Assembly: GCA_963664115.2 (NCBI GenBank)
Contig: CAXWPJ010000002.1
Span: 1 to 64,000 of the forward strand
Reading direction: 5' to 3'
Origin: Terriglobia bacterium
Lineage (GTDB): Bacteria > Acidobacteriota > Terriglobia > 20CM-2-55-15
Length of the DNA stretch: 64,000 bases
Under the pieces are notes generated by a model. That model did no database searches and was not told the DNA's origin. It saw only the letters and a program-made list of their open reading frames with translations. The translations under genes and the position numbers were made by a program. This document shows, piece by piece, positions 1-9,658 of this stretch. Position 1 is the first letter of the stretch. Every line of letters begins with the position of its first letter.

Positions 1-149
1 TTGGCAATAGTGCCGCCGGTGGCGACGATCTTAACCAGTGGCCGTTGTGGCTGTGCCTCTTGGGCCGCCATCCGATTGACTGTGGCGCTCGGGACTAAGG
101 CCAGCATCAGTGCAGCACTCGATACGCATCTAGGGACAGCAGCATGCAT
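1..149 (-). CDS. Secreted L-asparaginase (type II-like), N-terminal part, runs off window edge
   Basis: Manual translation from ATG 149 with AGGAGG RBS: MHAAVPRCVSSAALMLALVPSATVNRMAAQEAQPQRPLVKIVATGGTIA; ATGGTIA is the asparaginase active-site motif. Not in ORF track. Confidence 0.85.
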   Translation of the reverse strand, partial: MHAAVPRCVSSAALMLALVPSATVNRMAAQEAQPQRPLVKIVATGGTIA

Positions 150-415
150 GGCGTCCTCCTTACTTGGCATCCGGCCAACCGGACAGGTGATTGCCTGGAC
201 CGAAGTGCTCTAGGCACTCACCCGGCTAGCAGCTTCACACAGGAGCAGGTCGGGCCGGGTGCCAAGTCCTGATCCATCAATCCTACATAGCTGTAGGCAA
301 CAGTCATAGCCTCATATGTGCTTCCAGCGCCTCCATAGAGATCTACGTTTGGACGAGAATGCACACAAGTCCCATTCCGGATTGATGATTTAGTGTGTCG
401 CCAAACGGGACACCG

Positions 416-652
416 AAATTCTGCTAAGTCTATCGACAAGGGAAGGTTATTGGCAAGGACAGGGTCAAGTCCCTAAAATTTGCCAATTCCCAAGGTCCGG
501 GAACGGGAATTATCAGGACTCGAGAATCATTTTTCTAGGGCACCGGCACCCGTTCTTTCAGTTCTTCATACCAGATCAGGACGATGTTGATTCATGGGCG
601 CTCGGCTTCTTCCAATTCGGTCCGCTCTTTCAAGAAGACCATGATATATTTT
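416..652 (-). pseudogene. Orphan 3' end of Ser/Thr kinase-PD40/TolB gene plus downstream conserved DNA (copy 1)
   Basis: Reverse strand reads KYIMVFLKERTELEEAERP*INIVLIWYEELKERVPVP* (TAG 535-537, internal TGA); 416-460 matches 5250-5293. Confidence 0.7.
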
Positions 653-728
653 CGAAGCTCTAGAGGACAACGCTCTGGCGATTTGACCCGCACCCACGGG
701 ACGCAACAATTTGAGGAGGACGTCGACT

Positions 729-1580
729 ATGGATCCAATCAGACGCAAAATACTGGCGGCGGGAGCCGCGGCGACGGCGATGGCCGCAGCGCCGCGCTTG
801 TTCGCTCAACAGACGGGGCAGGGGGGCACTGGCTCCTTCTACGAAAGAGGCCCCGTTCGCATCCACTATGAAGAGTTCGGTTCCGGCTTCCCGTTGTTGC
901 TCATCGCCGGCGGGGGATTGAACTCGACGATGTCCGGATTGTTCCGAGGCCCCTTTAACACGATCGAGGAGTTCAGCGGAGAATACCGCTGCATCGGATC
1001 GGACTTGCGCAATGCCATTCCCGGCCAATCCACCGGCCCACTCGAGATCGACCGGCCGTGGGATGCATATACCGATGACCATCTCGGTCTGATGGATCAC
1101 CTGGGCATCGACAAGTTCATGGTGCTGGGCTTCTGCATCGCCGGCCCTTTAATCTGGAACCTGCTGGAGCGGGCTCCGGATCGTGTCGCCGCCGCCGTGC
1201 TGGCGCAGCCCCTTGGGTTCCGCCCGGAAGCGCCCGACCGCTTCTACGAGGGCAACATGAGCGGCTGGGGCTCCGAGATAGTGGAGAGCCGGCCCGAGAT
1301 CACGATGGAGACGGTCGACGCATACCTGACCAAGATGTATCGCAACATCGACTTCGTCATCACCGTGACACGCGATTTCGTGCGCAATTGCCAGACGCCC
1401 GTACTGATCCTGCCCGATGATAGCCCGGCGCACCCCTACGCCGTCGCCATGGAGTCTGCGATGCTCGCGCCGAAAGCCGAACTGAGCATGTACCCATGGA
1501 AGGAGCCTCCCGAGCTAATTCCCCTGGCAGTGCGCCAGATTCGTTCCTTCCTCCGGGCGCATCGGCCTGAATCTGCTTAG
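729..1580 (+). CDS. Tat-exported alpha/beta hydrolase with Cys nucleophile
   Basis: GAGGAGG RBS before ATG 729; IRRKIL twin-arginine signal; GFCIAG nucleophile elbow; C-terminal D and H (DDSPAH). Confidence 0.8.
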   Translation: MDPIRRKILAAGAAATAMAAAPRLFAQQTGQGGTGSFYERGPVRIHYEEFGSGFPLLLIAGGGLNSTMSGLFRGPFNTIEEFSGEYRCIGSDLRNAIPGQSTGPLEIDRPWDAYTDDHLGLMDHLGIDKFMVLGFCIAGPLIWNLLERAPDRVAAAVLAQPLGFRPEAPDRFYEGNMSGWGSEIVESRPEITMETVDAYLTKMYRNIDFVITVTRDFVRNCQTPVLILPDDSPAHPYAVAMESAMLAPKAELSMYPWKEPPELIPLAVRQIRSFLRAHRPESA

Positions 1581-1938
1581 GCGGCGGTGTTTATAAGTCT
1601 GGACGGACGATACTGTCAGCGGGCGCAAGCTAGTGTCGGTGAAGTATAGGTGAAATACGCGCCCTCGGTGGTAGATTCGATTCTCAACTTTCGACTAGAC
1701 GGGTGACCGCAGGCGGTCAATCGAACACTTTACGTGAACGGACAGGTGCAGTGTATGCCCAGGAAATGAAGGAAGTAGGGACAAACTTCTGCGAGTCACG
1801 CCGGCATAGCCGGGGGTCTAGCTGATGAGAATTATCTAGACGTTTGCCCGGCAGCGGGTGCAAAGTATTGGGGAAGTTTGGCCGTGACGCCGGTATTCGC
1901 GCGCGTTTTCCTTTGAATTGAACATGAGAATTAGGACA

Positions 1939-2892
1939 ATGAAAACAATGCAGACAGTAAAATTCATGCTCGTAGTCGCCGTTGTCGTTTCGAACCTGGC
2001 CACCGCCGTTCCCGCGCATGCGCAGGAAGCACCGGCGGTGCAGATGCACGTCGATAAAGCCATAGAACTTGCCGGTACGCGTTACGAGCGAGCAATGACG
2101 CGGCTATGCTTGCCCCGCAACGGCCGCCCCCGGCCCGAGCTTCCCGAAACGGTGGCGCCCGTCCGTGTCTTCGACAACCTCTACTTCCTGGGTCTCCCCA
2201 GGGTCTATTCGTGGGCGGTGGACACACCCGACGGGATTATTCTTCTCGATTCTTTGAACGATGCCCAGGATGCGGAGGTGAAGATTGTCGGGGGCATGGA
2301 ACAGCTCGGCCTCGATCCCTCACGTATCCAGTACGTGGTGATCAGCCACGAACATGGCGATCACTATGGAGGCGCCCGCTACCTTCAGGAACGTTTTGGC
2401 GCGCGAGTGGTGGCGACCGAACTGGCCTGGCGTACGATGGAAGCGAGTACCGAATCGGGCCGCGCGGCACCGCCGGAGCGCGACATGGTGGTAGCCGACG
2501 GTGACACACTGACCCTCGGGGGCACGACCCTGACGTTTTACTCCACGCCGGGGCATACTGACGGAGCGTTGTCTACGATGGTGCCCGTGATGGAAGGTGG
2601 GCAGCCTCACCTCGCCTTTTTCCTGAACGGACCACGGACCGTTTCGCTGGCGACTTCTCGCGAGATGATGGAATCGACCCAGCGGATGGCGACGCTCGCC
2701 AAAGCGGCCGGGGTGGACGTCGAACTCAACAACCACTCCTACATCGACGATTCCCTGCCGACGATCGAAGCAGCGCGGACGCGTCAACCGGGCCAGCCGA
2801 ATCCATTCCTTATTGGTGTGGAGGGTTTCCAGCAATTTGCCGGGTGGCAGATCGAGTGCCTGAGTGCAGATGTGGCGCGTGGGGAATATTGA
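1939..2892 (+). CDS. Secreted metallo-beta-lactamase-fold hydrolase (B3-like)
   Basis: Signal peptide ending AHA-Q; SHEHGDH, TPGHTDG, NNH motifs; RVFDNLYFLG. Start uncertain. Confidence 0.85.
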   Translation: MKTMQTVKFMLVVAVVVSNLATAVPAHAQEAPAVQMHVDKAIELAGTRYERAMTRLCLPRNGRPRPELPETVAPVRVFDNLYFLGLPRVYSWAVDTPDGIILLDSLNDAQDAEVKIVGGMEQLGLDPSRIQYVVISHEHGDHYGGARYLQERFGARVVATELAWRTMEASTESGRAAPPERDMVVADGDTLTLGGTTLTFYSTPGHTDGALSTMVPVMEGGQPHLAFFLNGPRTVSLATSREMMESTQRMATLAKAAGVDVELNNHSYIDDSLPTIEAARTRQPGQPNPFLIGVEGFQQFAGWQIECLSADVARGEY

Positions 2893-3052
2893 TCCAGCCG
2901 GTGCCGCCCGACTGCCGGAGGTCTCATCCGGTGAAGTCCTCGGATACTGAAACTTGAGTAATTCGAAAATGATGTATCTTACGCCGACCCACGATGCGGT
3001 GTTGAAAACCTGAAAACGCGTCTGACATCCACAACTTTTGTAAGGAGGCCGT

Positions 3053-3925
3053 ATGCGTCTGATATGTGCACTGGTGGTGCTGAGTGCAGCGATGGTATCG
3101 ATGTCGCCGTATGGTGGGGCGGAACGAAGAGAGCGAATTCAGGCGGCGAACGAAACCGTGGAACCGTTCCGCGTCATAGGCAATATCTACTATGTGGGCG
3201 GCCAATATGGCTCCTATCTCATCACCACGCCGGAGGGCCACATTCTCCACGACACGGGCAGTGCCGATATGCACGAGCTCATCGTATCGAACGTCGAGAA
3301 ACTCGGATTCAACGTTCGGGACATCCGGATCATGATCTCGAGCCATGCACATTGGGACCACGTCGAGGGGCACGCGGCCATGAAGCGAGTGACCGGTGCG
3401 CAGGTTGTTGCGCTCGGCGGCGACGCCGTGGCGCTCCAATCAGGCCAGGACAACTCGGCTATCGGGGCCCGGAACTTTGAGCCTGTCACGGTGGATCGCG
3501 TGGTCGAGGACGGTGACACAGTCACGCTCGGCGCAGTGACGTTGCGCGCCCTCTGGACGGGGGGCCACACGCAAGGAGCAACGATGTGGATGACAACCGT
3601 CGAGGAGGGTGGGAATACTTATTCCATCGCCTTCCGTGGCGGCGAAATTCCGAACGCGGGGGCTCAGCTCTTCAACAATCCCAGGCACCCGACGGTTGTC
3701 GCCGACACGCAGAGGACTCTTCAAAGGCTGAAGGAGCTCGAACCCCCCGACCTCTTCCTCCACAATCATCCGCAGGATCCGCCCCGCGAGTTGGACCCGG
3801 CTCTTCCCGTCGACCCGAGGTGTGTGACCTGCATTGACGCGGAAGGGTGGAGGAGTTTCGTGCCGGATGTCGAAGCCAGATTCGAAGCGATGCTCCGGGA
3901 GGCGGAGGGGGGACCGGGCCGGTAG
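3053..3925 (+). CDS. Subclass B3 metallo-beta-lactamase-like protein
   Basis: AAGGAGG RBS, signal peptide, EPFRVIGNIYYVG, SSHAHWDHVEG, GGHTQG, LHNHP. Confidence 0.85.
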   Translation: MRLICALVVLSAAMVSMSPYGGAERRERIQAANETVEPFRVIGNIYYVGGQYGSYLITTPEGHILHDTGSADMHELIVSNVEKLGFNVRDIRIMISSHAHWDHVEGHAAMKRVTGAQVVALGGDAVALQSGQDNSAIGARNFEPVTVDRVVEDGDTVTLGAVTLRALWTGGHTQGATMWMTTVEEGGNTYSIAFRGGEIPNAGAQLFNNPRHPTVVADTQRTLQRLKELEPPDLFLHNHPQDPPRELDPALPVDPRCVTCIDAEGWRSFVPDVEARFEAMLREAEGGPGR

Positions 3926-3989
3926 GATCACCATCTACAGGCGGGACTTATAAGCAAGAAAACTGTCAGCGCCTGTAATTCGGGCGATT

Positions 3990-4100
3990 CTCAAGGTCCG
4001 GGAAGATGATTGCTCAGGCCTTGACCTCGAAAATCAGGGCACAGGCACCCATTCCTTCAGTTCTTCAAACCAGTTTAGGACGATGTTGATTCGGATCGCC
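3990..4100 (-). pseudogene. Orphan 3' end of kinase-PD40 gene (copy 2)
   Basis: Reverse strand RINIVLNWFEELKEWVPVP* (TGA 4034-4036); flank AAGGTCCGGGAA also found at about 492. Confidence 0.7.
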
Positions 4101-4204
4101 GGACCAGCCAATAGCTTGAGCCGAATTCCGGTCCGGCCGGTGAGTGCCAGCGCGGCGATCGGGCCAGGGGTCCTATGCATGCGTCGTGTAGTCCTCGCTC
4201 GCGC

Positions 4205-5140
4205 TTACTCCGGAGCGCCGATCGGGAAACCGATGGGATACACATTCTGGTAGTCCCCCACGCCCTGGCTCGGCTCCCTGTAGCGATAGAGATAATCCCA
4301 CATGGAGATGATATTGGCGCGAAGCCAGTTGTCGTAGTTGCCGTAGTCGGAGAAATCCTCCATGGTGACCCGCTCCAGAATCTCCTCGATTGAGGCGCCC
4401 TCCACCATCTCGTCCAGCACCCGCTCCCTGAGAGCGATCAGATACTCACGATAAAAGGTAAACGATTGCTGATCGGCGAGGCCCGCGTGACCGGGAACCA
4501 CGATATCGATGTTATCCAGTTTAGATAATTTCCAGAGCGCCTCGATCATGTTGTTCACGTTCGAGTCGCGGTAGTCGGGCAGTCCGATCGACTTGCCGGC
4601 GCGAACCAGATCCGTCGCGACCATCACGCCTTCGTCTGGGAAGTGAACCTGGACCAGGTTGTCGCTGTGGAGGGGACCGAAATAGTACACGATCGCCCTC
4701 TGGCCACCGAGATAGATCTCCAGGTTATCCCCCTCGAAGACGACATCGGGTACGGATGTATTCCGGCCTTCTCTAATAATGTGCTCTCTGATGTTCTTGT
4801 GGCCGATCGTCACCGCTGTGTCATCGAAGACTTGCAGCCCGCAGATGTGCATCTCGTGGTCGTGACTCAGGATGACGTACTTCACCGGGACGCCAAACCG
4901 GCGATCTAACTCTTCCTTGAGCCACTCCATACCTCCCCCATCGCAAGTGGCATCGACCATGATGATGCCCTCGTCCGTCACCATGAAGACGTTCGAGGTG
5001 GGGCCGCGCCGATAGACGTTATCCGTCAACTGGGTGATCGTATCGACATTGGCGCCCGCGCCCTGCGCGCCCGCCATCTGGGAAAATACGAAGCCGGCAC
5101 CCAGAATCAATAAGCCGACGCTGATTGTCTTTGTGTTCAT
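4205..5140 (-). CDS. Secreted MBL-fold metallohydrolase (glyoxalase II/cyclase-like)
   Basis: GGGGAGG RBS before ATG 5140; signal peptide; SHDHEMH, LHSDN, TDL, VPGH motifs. Confidence 0.8.
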   Translation of the reverse strand: MNTKTISVGLLILGAGFVFSQMAGAQGAGANVDTITQLTDNVYRRGPTSNVFMVTDEGIIMVDATCDGGGMEWLKEELDRRFGVPVKYVILSHDHEMHICGLQVFDDTAVTIGHKNIREHIIREGRNTSVPDVVFEGDNLEIYLGGQRAIVYYFGPLHSDNLVQVHFPDEGVMVATDLVRAGKSIGLPDYRDSNVNNMIEALWKLSKLDNIDIVVPGHAGLADQQSFTFYREYLIALRERVLDEMVEGASIEEILERVTMEDFSDYGNYDNWLRANIISMWDYLYRYREPSQGVGDYQNVYPIGFPIGAPE

Positions 5141-5249
5141 TATTGCCTCCCCGAAGAGATTTCTTATCCGCGGCCGTAGTCTCTCCAGCCGCCGCAATCA
5201 TGTCCGTTGCCGTCGGGCCAGCCCAGGTTTGCCGCCAAAGAGAGCGCCC

Positions 5250-5560
5250 AAATTCTGGTAAGTCTATCTACATGGGAGGGTTATTGGCAAGGAATGCGTC
5301 GATGCCCGACTTTCGACCATTTCTCAATCTCCGAGAAGATGATTTCTCAGAACTTGAGCTTGAAAGTTACGGTACAGGAGCCCGTTCCTTCAGTTCTTCA
5401 AACCAATTTTGGATCTCGACTATCTGTTGGAGCCCCGAAGCCGCTTGCAGGCCGCCCCTGGGATTCACCATGACGAAACGGCGTCATCCGGACGGATATC
5501 ATATATAGTTCGGTTGGGGTCAAATCTGAAGAGGCCTATCGAAGAAAACAGTTCCGTAGA
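5250..5560 (-). pseudogene. Orphan 3' end of kinase-PD40 gene (copy 3, frameshifted)
   Basis: Reverse strand ...NRTIYDIRPD/(frameshift)RRFVMVNPRGGLQAASGLQQIVEIQNWFEELKERAPVP* (TAA 5367-5369). Confidence 0.7.
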
Positions 5561-5653
5561 GCGGCCCGCTAAAACCGACGAACGGCAATGGAGGTTCTCT
5601 CTTCGTCGAGCTCTTCGAGGAGAGGAATCCTTAGCACGCCAGGAGGCGAAATC

Positions 5654-7567
5654 ATGAGAGATATCGTTAGAGACTACATCGAGCAGACGATTCCACGCCG
5701 GTCTTTCGTGAAACGGATGTCGCAGGCTGGGTTCGGAGTGACCGCGGTCGCATCCGTCTTGAAATCGCTGGAACCGTTCGTCCAGGCTCAGAGCGCTCAG
5801 GCGGGGGACGCCCCAGCCGAACTGCTGACTCCGTTCGAAGGGAATGCCGGAGAGGTCTTGGCGGAACAATTGCGGGCCGCTGGCATTAAGTTCCTGTTCC
5901 TCGGAAATGGCTCGGGGCTCGGCCCACTGTGTGATGCGCTCGTCGATCGCCCCGACATGCAACCAATTCTCGCTACCCATGAGGGCCACTGTGTCGCAAT
6001 GGCGGACGGCTACGCGAAAGCGTCGGGAAACCCCGGCTTCGTGATGATCAGTCGTGTGGGATCGCCCAACGCGACGTCAAACATGTACAACGCGATGAAG
6101 GATCGTAGCCCGATCATCGTGACTTCAGATCACTCCGAGACCGATCGCGCTGGACGGGACGGACATGAAGACGTCGAGGACTGGCTGGAAACCGTCGAGC
6201 AGTTCACGAAGTTCCGCTGGCTTGTGTCTGAGCCCGATCGAATTCCCGAGTGGACCACGAAAGCCTTGAAGCTGGCTACGACTATGCCGGGAGGACCGGT
6301 GTATCTTCGTTTTCCCCGCGATGTGCTCTACACAAGTAATATGCGGGCGGGCATCTACCCGTCCCGTACGTTCAGCGTACCCACGACTCTGCAACCCCAC
6401 CCGCAAGACGTGGACGAGGCGGCCCGGATGCTGCTCGAGGCCGAAAGCCCTCTTCTATACGTGGGCCCGGAGGTTACCGCATCTGGCGCTGGGGCATCCG
6501 TTGTCGAGCTTGCGGAACTGTTGGCAATTCCAGTGACCCAGGCGCGGAGCTGGGCCGCCGACTTCCCAACCAAACATCCGCTGTTTCTTGAAGTCTCCGG
6601 TGGCCGCTTTCCTGAAAGCATCGACGTGTACTTGAATTTAGGCGCGCATATGTCGGGCGCGGCGTCGCTCGAAAACGATCGGCTCCGGAACGCAAAGATC
6701 ATACACGGCCGTGTCGAAACGGATCATATCGGAACGGCTTATCCGGTTCACGTCCCCTTGGCCGGAAGCGTCAACGAGACGGCCACGGCCCTGGTGGAAA
6801 GTATCAGGAGTCTGGCGACTAACGAACGTCTGGAGCGGATCCGGCAGCCCCGCCAGGAAGCAACAGCAGAATTTACGCAAAGGATGCGTGAGTCTTTCGA
6901 ATTCGTCGCCCAGCGCCGATTTGATGAGGTTCCCCTGACGTTCGAGTGCGTGGGGTATGAAGTCAACGCTGCCCTAGACCGCGATGCTTACATCGTGGAA
7001 GAGTTTGGAACGCAAGGTCCGAAGGCGCTCCGATGGTTTAATTTTGCCGAGGAAGAGAAGACGAAGATCGGCCGGACCATCGGATATGCGCTGGGATGGG
7101 GTGTTGCGGCGTCCGTCGGGGTCAAGCTCGCACGGCCCGACAATCAGGTGGTGTGTTTGCAAGGGGACGGGGGTTTTCTGTTCGGCCAAATCGAGGCGCT
7201 CTGGAGCATGTCTCGTTACGACGTTCCCGTCATCGTCGTCATTTTCAACAACCGTTCCTACAACGAGACCCGGGCCCGGATGTTCTCGCGAGGCGGACGC
7301 CAGGCCGAAGTAGGAAAAGACATGCTGTCCTACCTGGGTGATCCGAACGTCGATTTCGTTCGCGTGGCCGAGGCCTTCGGCATCCGCGGCGAACAGGTGC
7401 AAAGTCGCGAGCAAGTTCGAGAGGCAATGTCACGGGCCATCAGAACAACGCGTGAGGGGCGGCCGTACTTGATCGATGCCCGTATCGAGAACTCGGGTTC
7501 CGGTGCAGAACAGGCGGGCTCGTACCCAGCGTACTCGGTTGCCGCAGCCCGGACAAGACTCGTGTAA
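5654..7567 (+). CDS. Thiamine diphosphate-dependent enzyme (benzoylformate decarboxylase/AHAS superfamily) with Tat signal
   Basis: AGGAGG RBS, PRRSFVK, THEGHCVAMADGYA, ThDP motif QGDGG...FNN. Confidence 0.88.
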   Translation: MRDIVRDYIEQTIPRRSFVKRMSQAGFGVTAVASVLKSLEPFVQAQSAQAGDAPAELLTPFEGNAGEVLAEQLRAAGIKFLFLGNGSGLGPLCDALVDRPDMQPILATHEGHCVAMADGYAKASGNPGFVMISRVGSPNATSNMYNAMKDRSPIIVTSDHSETDRAGRDGHEDVEDWLETVEQFTKFRWLVSEPDRIPEWTTKALKLATTMPGGPVYLRFPRDVLYTSNMRAGIYPSRTFSVPTTLQPHPQDVDEAARMLLEAESPLLYVGPEVTASGAGASVVELAELLAIPVTQARSWAADFPTKHPLFLEVSGGRFPESIDVYLNLGAHMSGAASLENDRLRNAKIIHGRVETDHIGTAYPVHVPLAGSVNETATALVESIRSLATNERLERIRQPRQEATAEFTQRMRESFEFVAQRRFDEVPLTFECVGYEVNAALDRDAYIVEEFGTQGPKALRWFNFAEEEKTKIGRTIGYALGWGVAASVGVKLARPDNQVVCLQGDGGFLFGQIEALWSMSRYDVPVIVVIFNNRSYNETRARMFSRGGRQAEVGKDMLSYLGDPNVDFVRVAEAFGIRGEQVQSREQVREAMSRAIRTTREGRPYLIDARIENSGSGAEQAGSYPAYSVAAARTRLV

Positions 7568-7650
7568 CTCGGATTGACTGGCCTTGTGCCATCAGGGATA
7601 GGAACTGAGCATCCGCGGCAGGTGAGAGAGGATTTATTGGGAGGAGGGAC

Positions 7651-8163
7651 GTGTATAAGTGGCTAGCGGTGGGATTGGTCGGGTGCATGTGTGTAACTTT
7701 GGTGTTATTAGGCCAAGAACGCGAAGAAGAGTGGACAGAATACCTGCCGCCGGGACAGGGGCAGGAACTCACGGCCCAGTATTGCGGTCAGAGCTGCCAC
7801 AATCTCGAGCGCACGGTGCGGGAGCGAAAGCCGCGAGAAAGATGGGAAGCGACGGTTTACGACATGATCGGGCGAGGCGCTCCGATCTTCCTTAACGAAG
7901 CCGAAGAGATTATCGTTTACCTGACTGACGTGTTCGGCCCAGAGGTGCCTCCACTCGTCGATGTGAATGCGGCATCAGAGGACGAACTAGTCGAGATCCC
8001 CGGAATTACCCGTGAGCAGGCCGCCCGGCTGCTCGCGTACCGCGAATCTAACGGCCTGTTGGCCTCACAACAACAGATTCGCGAAATCCTAGAGCTGGAG
8101 GACGAAGTTTTCGAGAGGATTCGCTATTACCTGCACGCGGGGGCCCCCGCGACGGGTCCGTAG
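7651..8163 (+). CDS. Secreted cytochrome c-like domain fused to ComEA-type helix-hairpin-helix
   Basis: Signal peptide; LPPGQGQE..YCGQSCH (CX3CH) with distal Met (DMIGRGA); VDVNAASEDELVEIPGI HhH motif. Confidence 0.75.
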   Translation: MYKWLAVGLVGCMCVTLVLLGQEREEEWTEYLPPGQGQELTAQYCGQSCHNLERTVRERKPRERWEATVYDMIGRGAPIFLNEAEEIIVYLTDVFGPEVPPLVDVNAASEDELVEIPGITREQAARLLAYRESNGLLASQQQIREILELEDEVFERIRYYLHAGAPATGP

Positions 8164-8268
8164 CAGCGCTTACGTTCCAAGAATGACTGCGGCAGTTGCT
8201 AAGAGAAGTGGACCCCATCGGTTGGACAGCTTGGCAGCCATTTTAAGGTGGATTCCACGGTTAATCAT

Positions 8269-9653
8269 GAGTTATTGTCAAAAGTGGTGTTTAGGAGATT
8301 GATTCAAGCGGCGGCCTGATCGACTTGTGTCGCTTCGACACCATCGTTGAATTTCACTCCGATGATTACCTTGCTCAGATCATCGAATCCTCGTAATCGT
8401 CGCCAATTGTTCTCAGCGCACTGGCCCAGTTTGAACATCATGTGCAGCATGCCATCCCGTGTCAGGCAACCTCTGGATCGCTTCGTTCGGTGTCGAATGG
8501 TGGCAAAGGTCGACTCAATGGGATTCGTCGTTCTGATGCTCTGCCAGTGCTTGGCCGGAAAGTCGTAAAAGGCCAGCAGTTCCTCTCTGTCTTTCTGCAG
8601 GCAGAGTGTGGCTTTCGGATACTTCGGTTCATAGGTTTCAATGAACAAGTCGAATGCCTTCTCGGCGTCTGCCTTCGTCTCGGCCTGCCAGATCGAGTGC
8701 AGGGCCTGTTTCGCCTTCGCCTGGACCGACTTGGGCAGGCAGTTGAGGACGTTCATGACTTTGTGCATCCAGCAACGTTGTTGACGTGTCTCGGGATAGA
8801 TTTCCTCCAGTGCGGCCCAGAACCCCATCGCACCGTCACCGATGGCCAACTTCGGAACATTCATCCCACGGGACTTCAGCTTCAACAAGACCTCGCGCCA
8901 ACTCTGTGTCGATTCCCGTACACCGTCTTCGATCGCCAGGAAACGCTTCTCTCCGCGTTCATTCACGCCGATCACGACCAATGCACACAACTTGGTTTGT
9001 TCCGCCCGAAGTCCGCTGTAGATGCCGTCGGCCCAGACATAGACCCAGCGATCTGCATCCAAACGCTCCTCGCATCCGAGGCGGTACTGTTCGCCCCAAA
9101 CCTGTTTCAACCGCGATACCGTGCTCGCCGACAGACCCTGCGCCTGGGGACCGACAAGAACTTTTAGGGCCTCACCCATCTCGCCGCTGGAAACGCCTTT
9201 CAAATACAACCACGGCACCGCTGCTTCCAGCGACTTCGTCTTCCGAATGTACGGTGGTACCAGGGCCGATCGGAACGTCACAGCTTCGCCCGTCTTGGCA
9301 CGGACCTTCGGGATTTGGACTGTTACCGGACCCAATCCCGTCTGCAGTTCGCGTTCCGGCAGATAACCGTTGCGTACCACCCCGGCGTTTCCTGTCTCAG
9401 TTCGCCGGCCACCGTGCTGGGATAGCAGCTCTGCCAATTCGGCTTCCACTGCGCGTTGGATCAGTTGCTGTGCCCCAACTCGTAGTAGTTCTGTTACTGG
9501 ATCCTCAATCGTTTCTCGACCTTCCGGTCCATTCACGTTACTCTTGCTCACAGTGGCGTATCTCCTATGGTTGCTTTGAAGTTTTGTCACAACAAATCAA
9601 CCAGATACGCCGCTCTTATTCAATCCCTCAAACACCAGATTCGGTTATAACTC
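8269..9653 (-). mobile_element. IS256-family insertion sequence
   Basis: Imperfect TIRs GAGTTAT-N9-TGGTGTTT at both ends; 9-bp target duplication GTTAATCAT at 8260-8268 and 9654-9662. Confidence 0.92.
8304..9590 (-). CDS. IS256-family (Mutator) transposase
   Basis: VRNGYLPER, VYVWADG, IGDGAMGFW, QRCWMH, RTTNPIES; true start probably about 9550. Confidence 0.95.
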   Translation of the reverse strand: MTKLQSNHRRYATVSKSNVNGPEGRETIEDPVTELLRVGAQQLIQRAVEAELAELLSQHGGRRTETGNAGVVRNGYLPERELQTGLGPVTVQIPKVRAKTGEAVTFRSALVPPYIRKTKSLEAAVPWLYLKGVSSGEMGEALKVLVGPQAQGLSASTVSRLKQVWGEQYRLGCEERLDADRWVYVWADGIYSGLRAEQTKLCALVVIGVNERGEKRFLAIEDGVRESTQSWREVLLKLKSRGMNVPKLAIGDGAMGFWAALEEIYPETRQQRCWMHKVMNVLNCLPKSVQAKAKQALHSIWQAETKADAEKAFDLFIETYEPKYPKATLCLQKDREELLAFYDFPAKHWQSIRTTNPIESTFATIRHRTKRSRGCLTRDGMLHMMFKLGQCAENNWRRLRGFDDLSKVIIGVKFNDGVEATQVDQAAA

Positions 9654-9658
9654 GTTAA

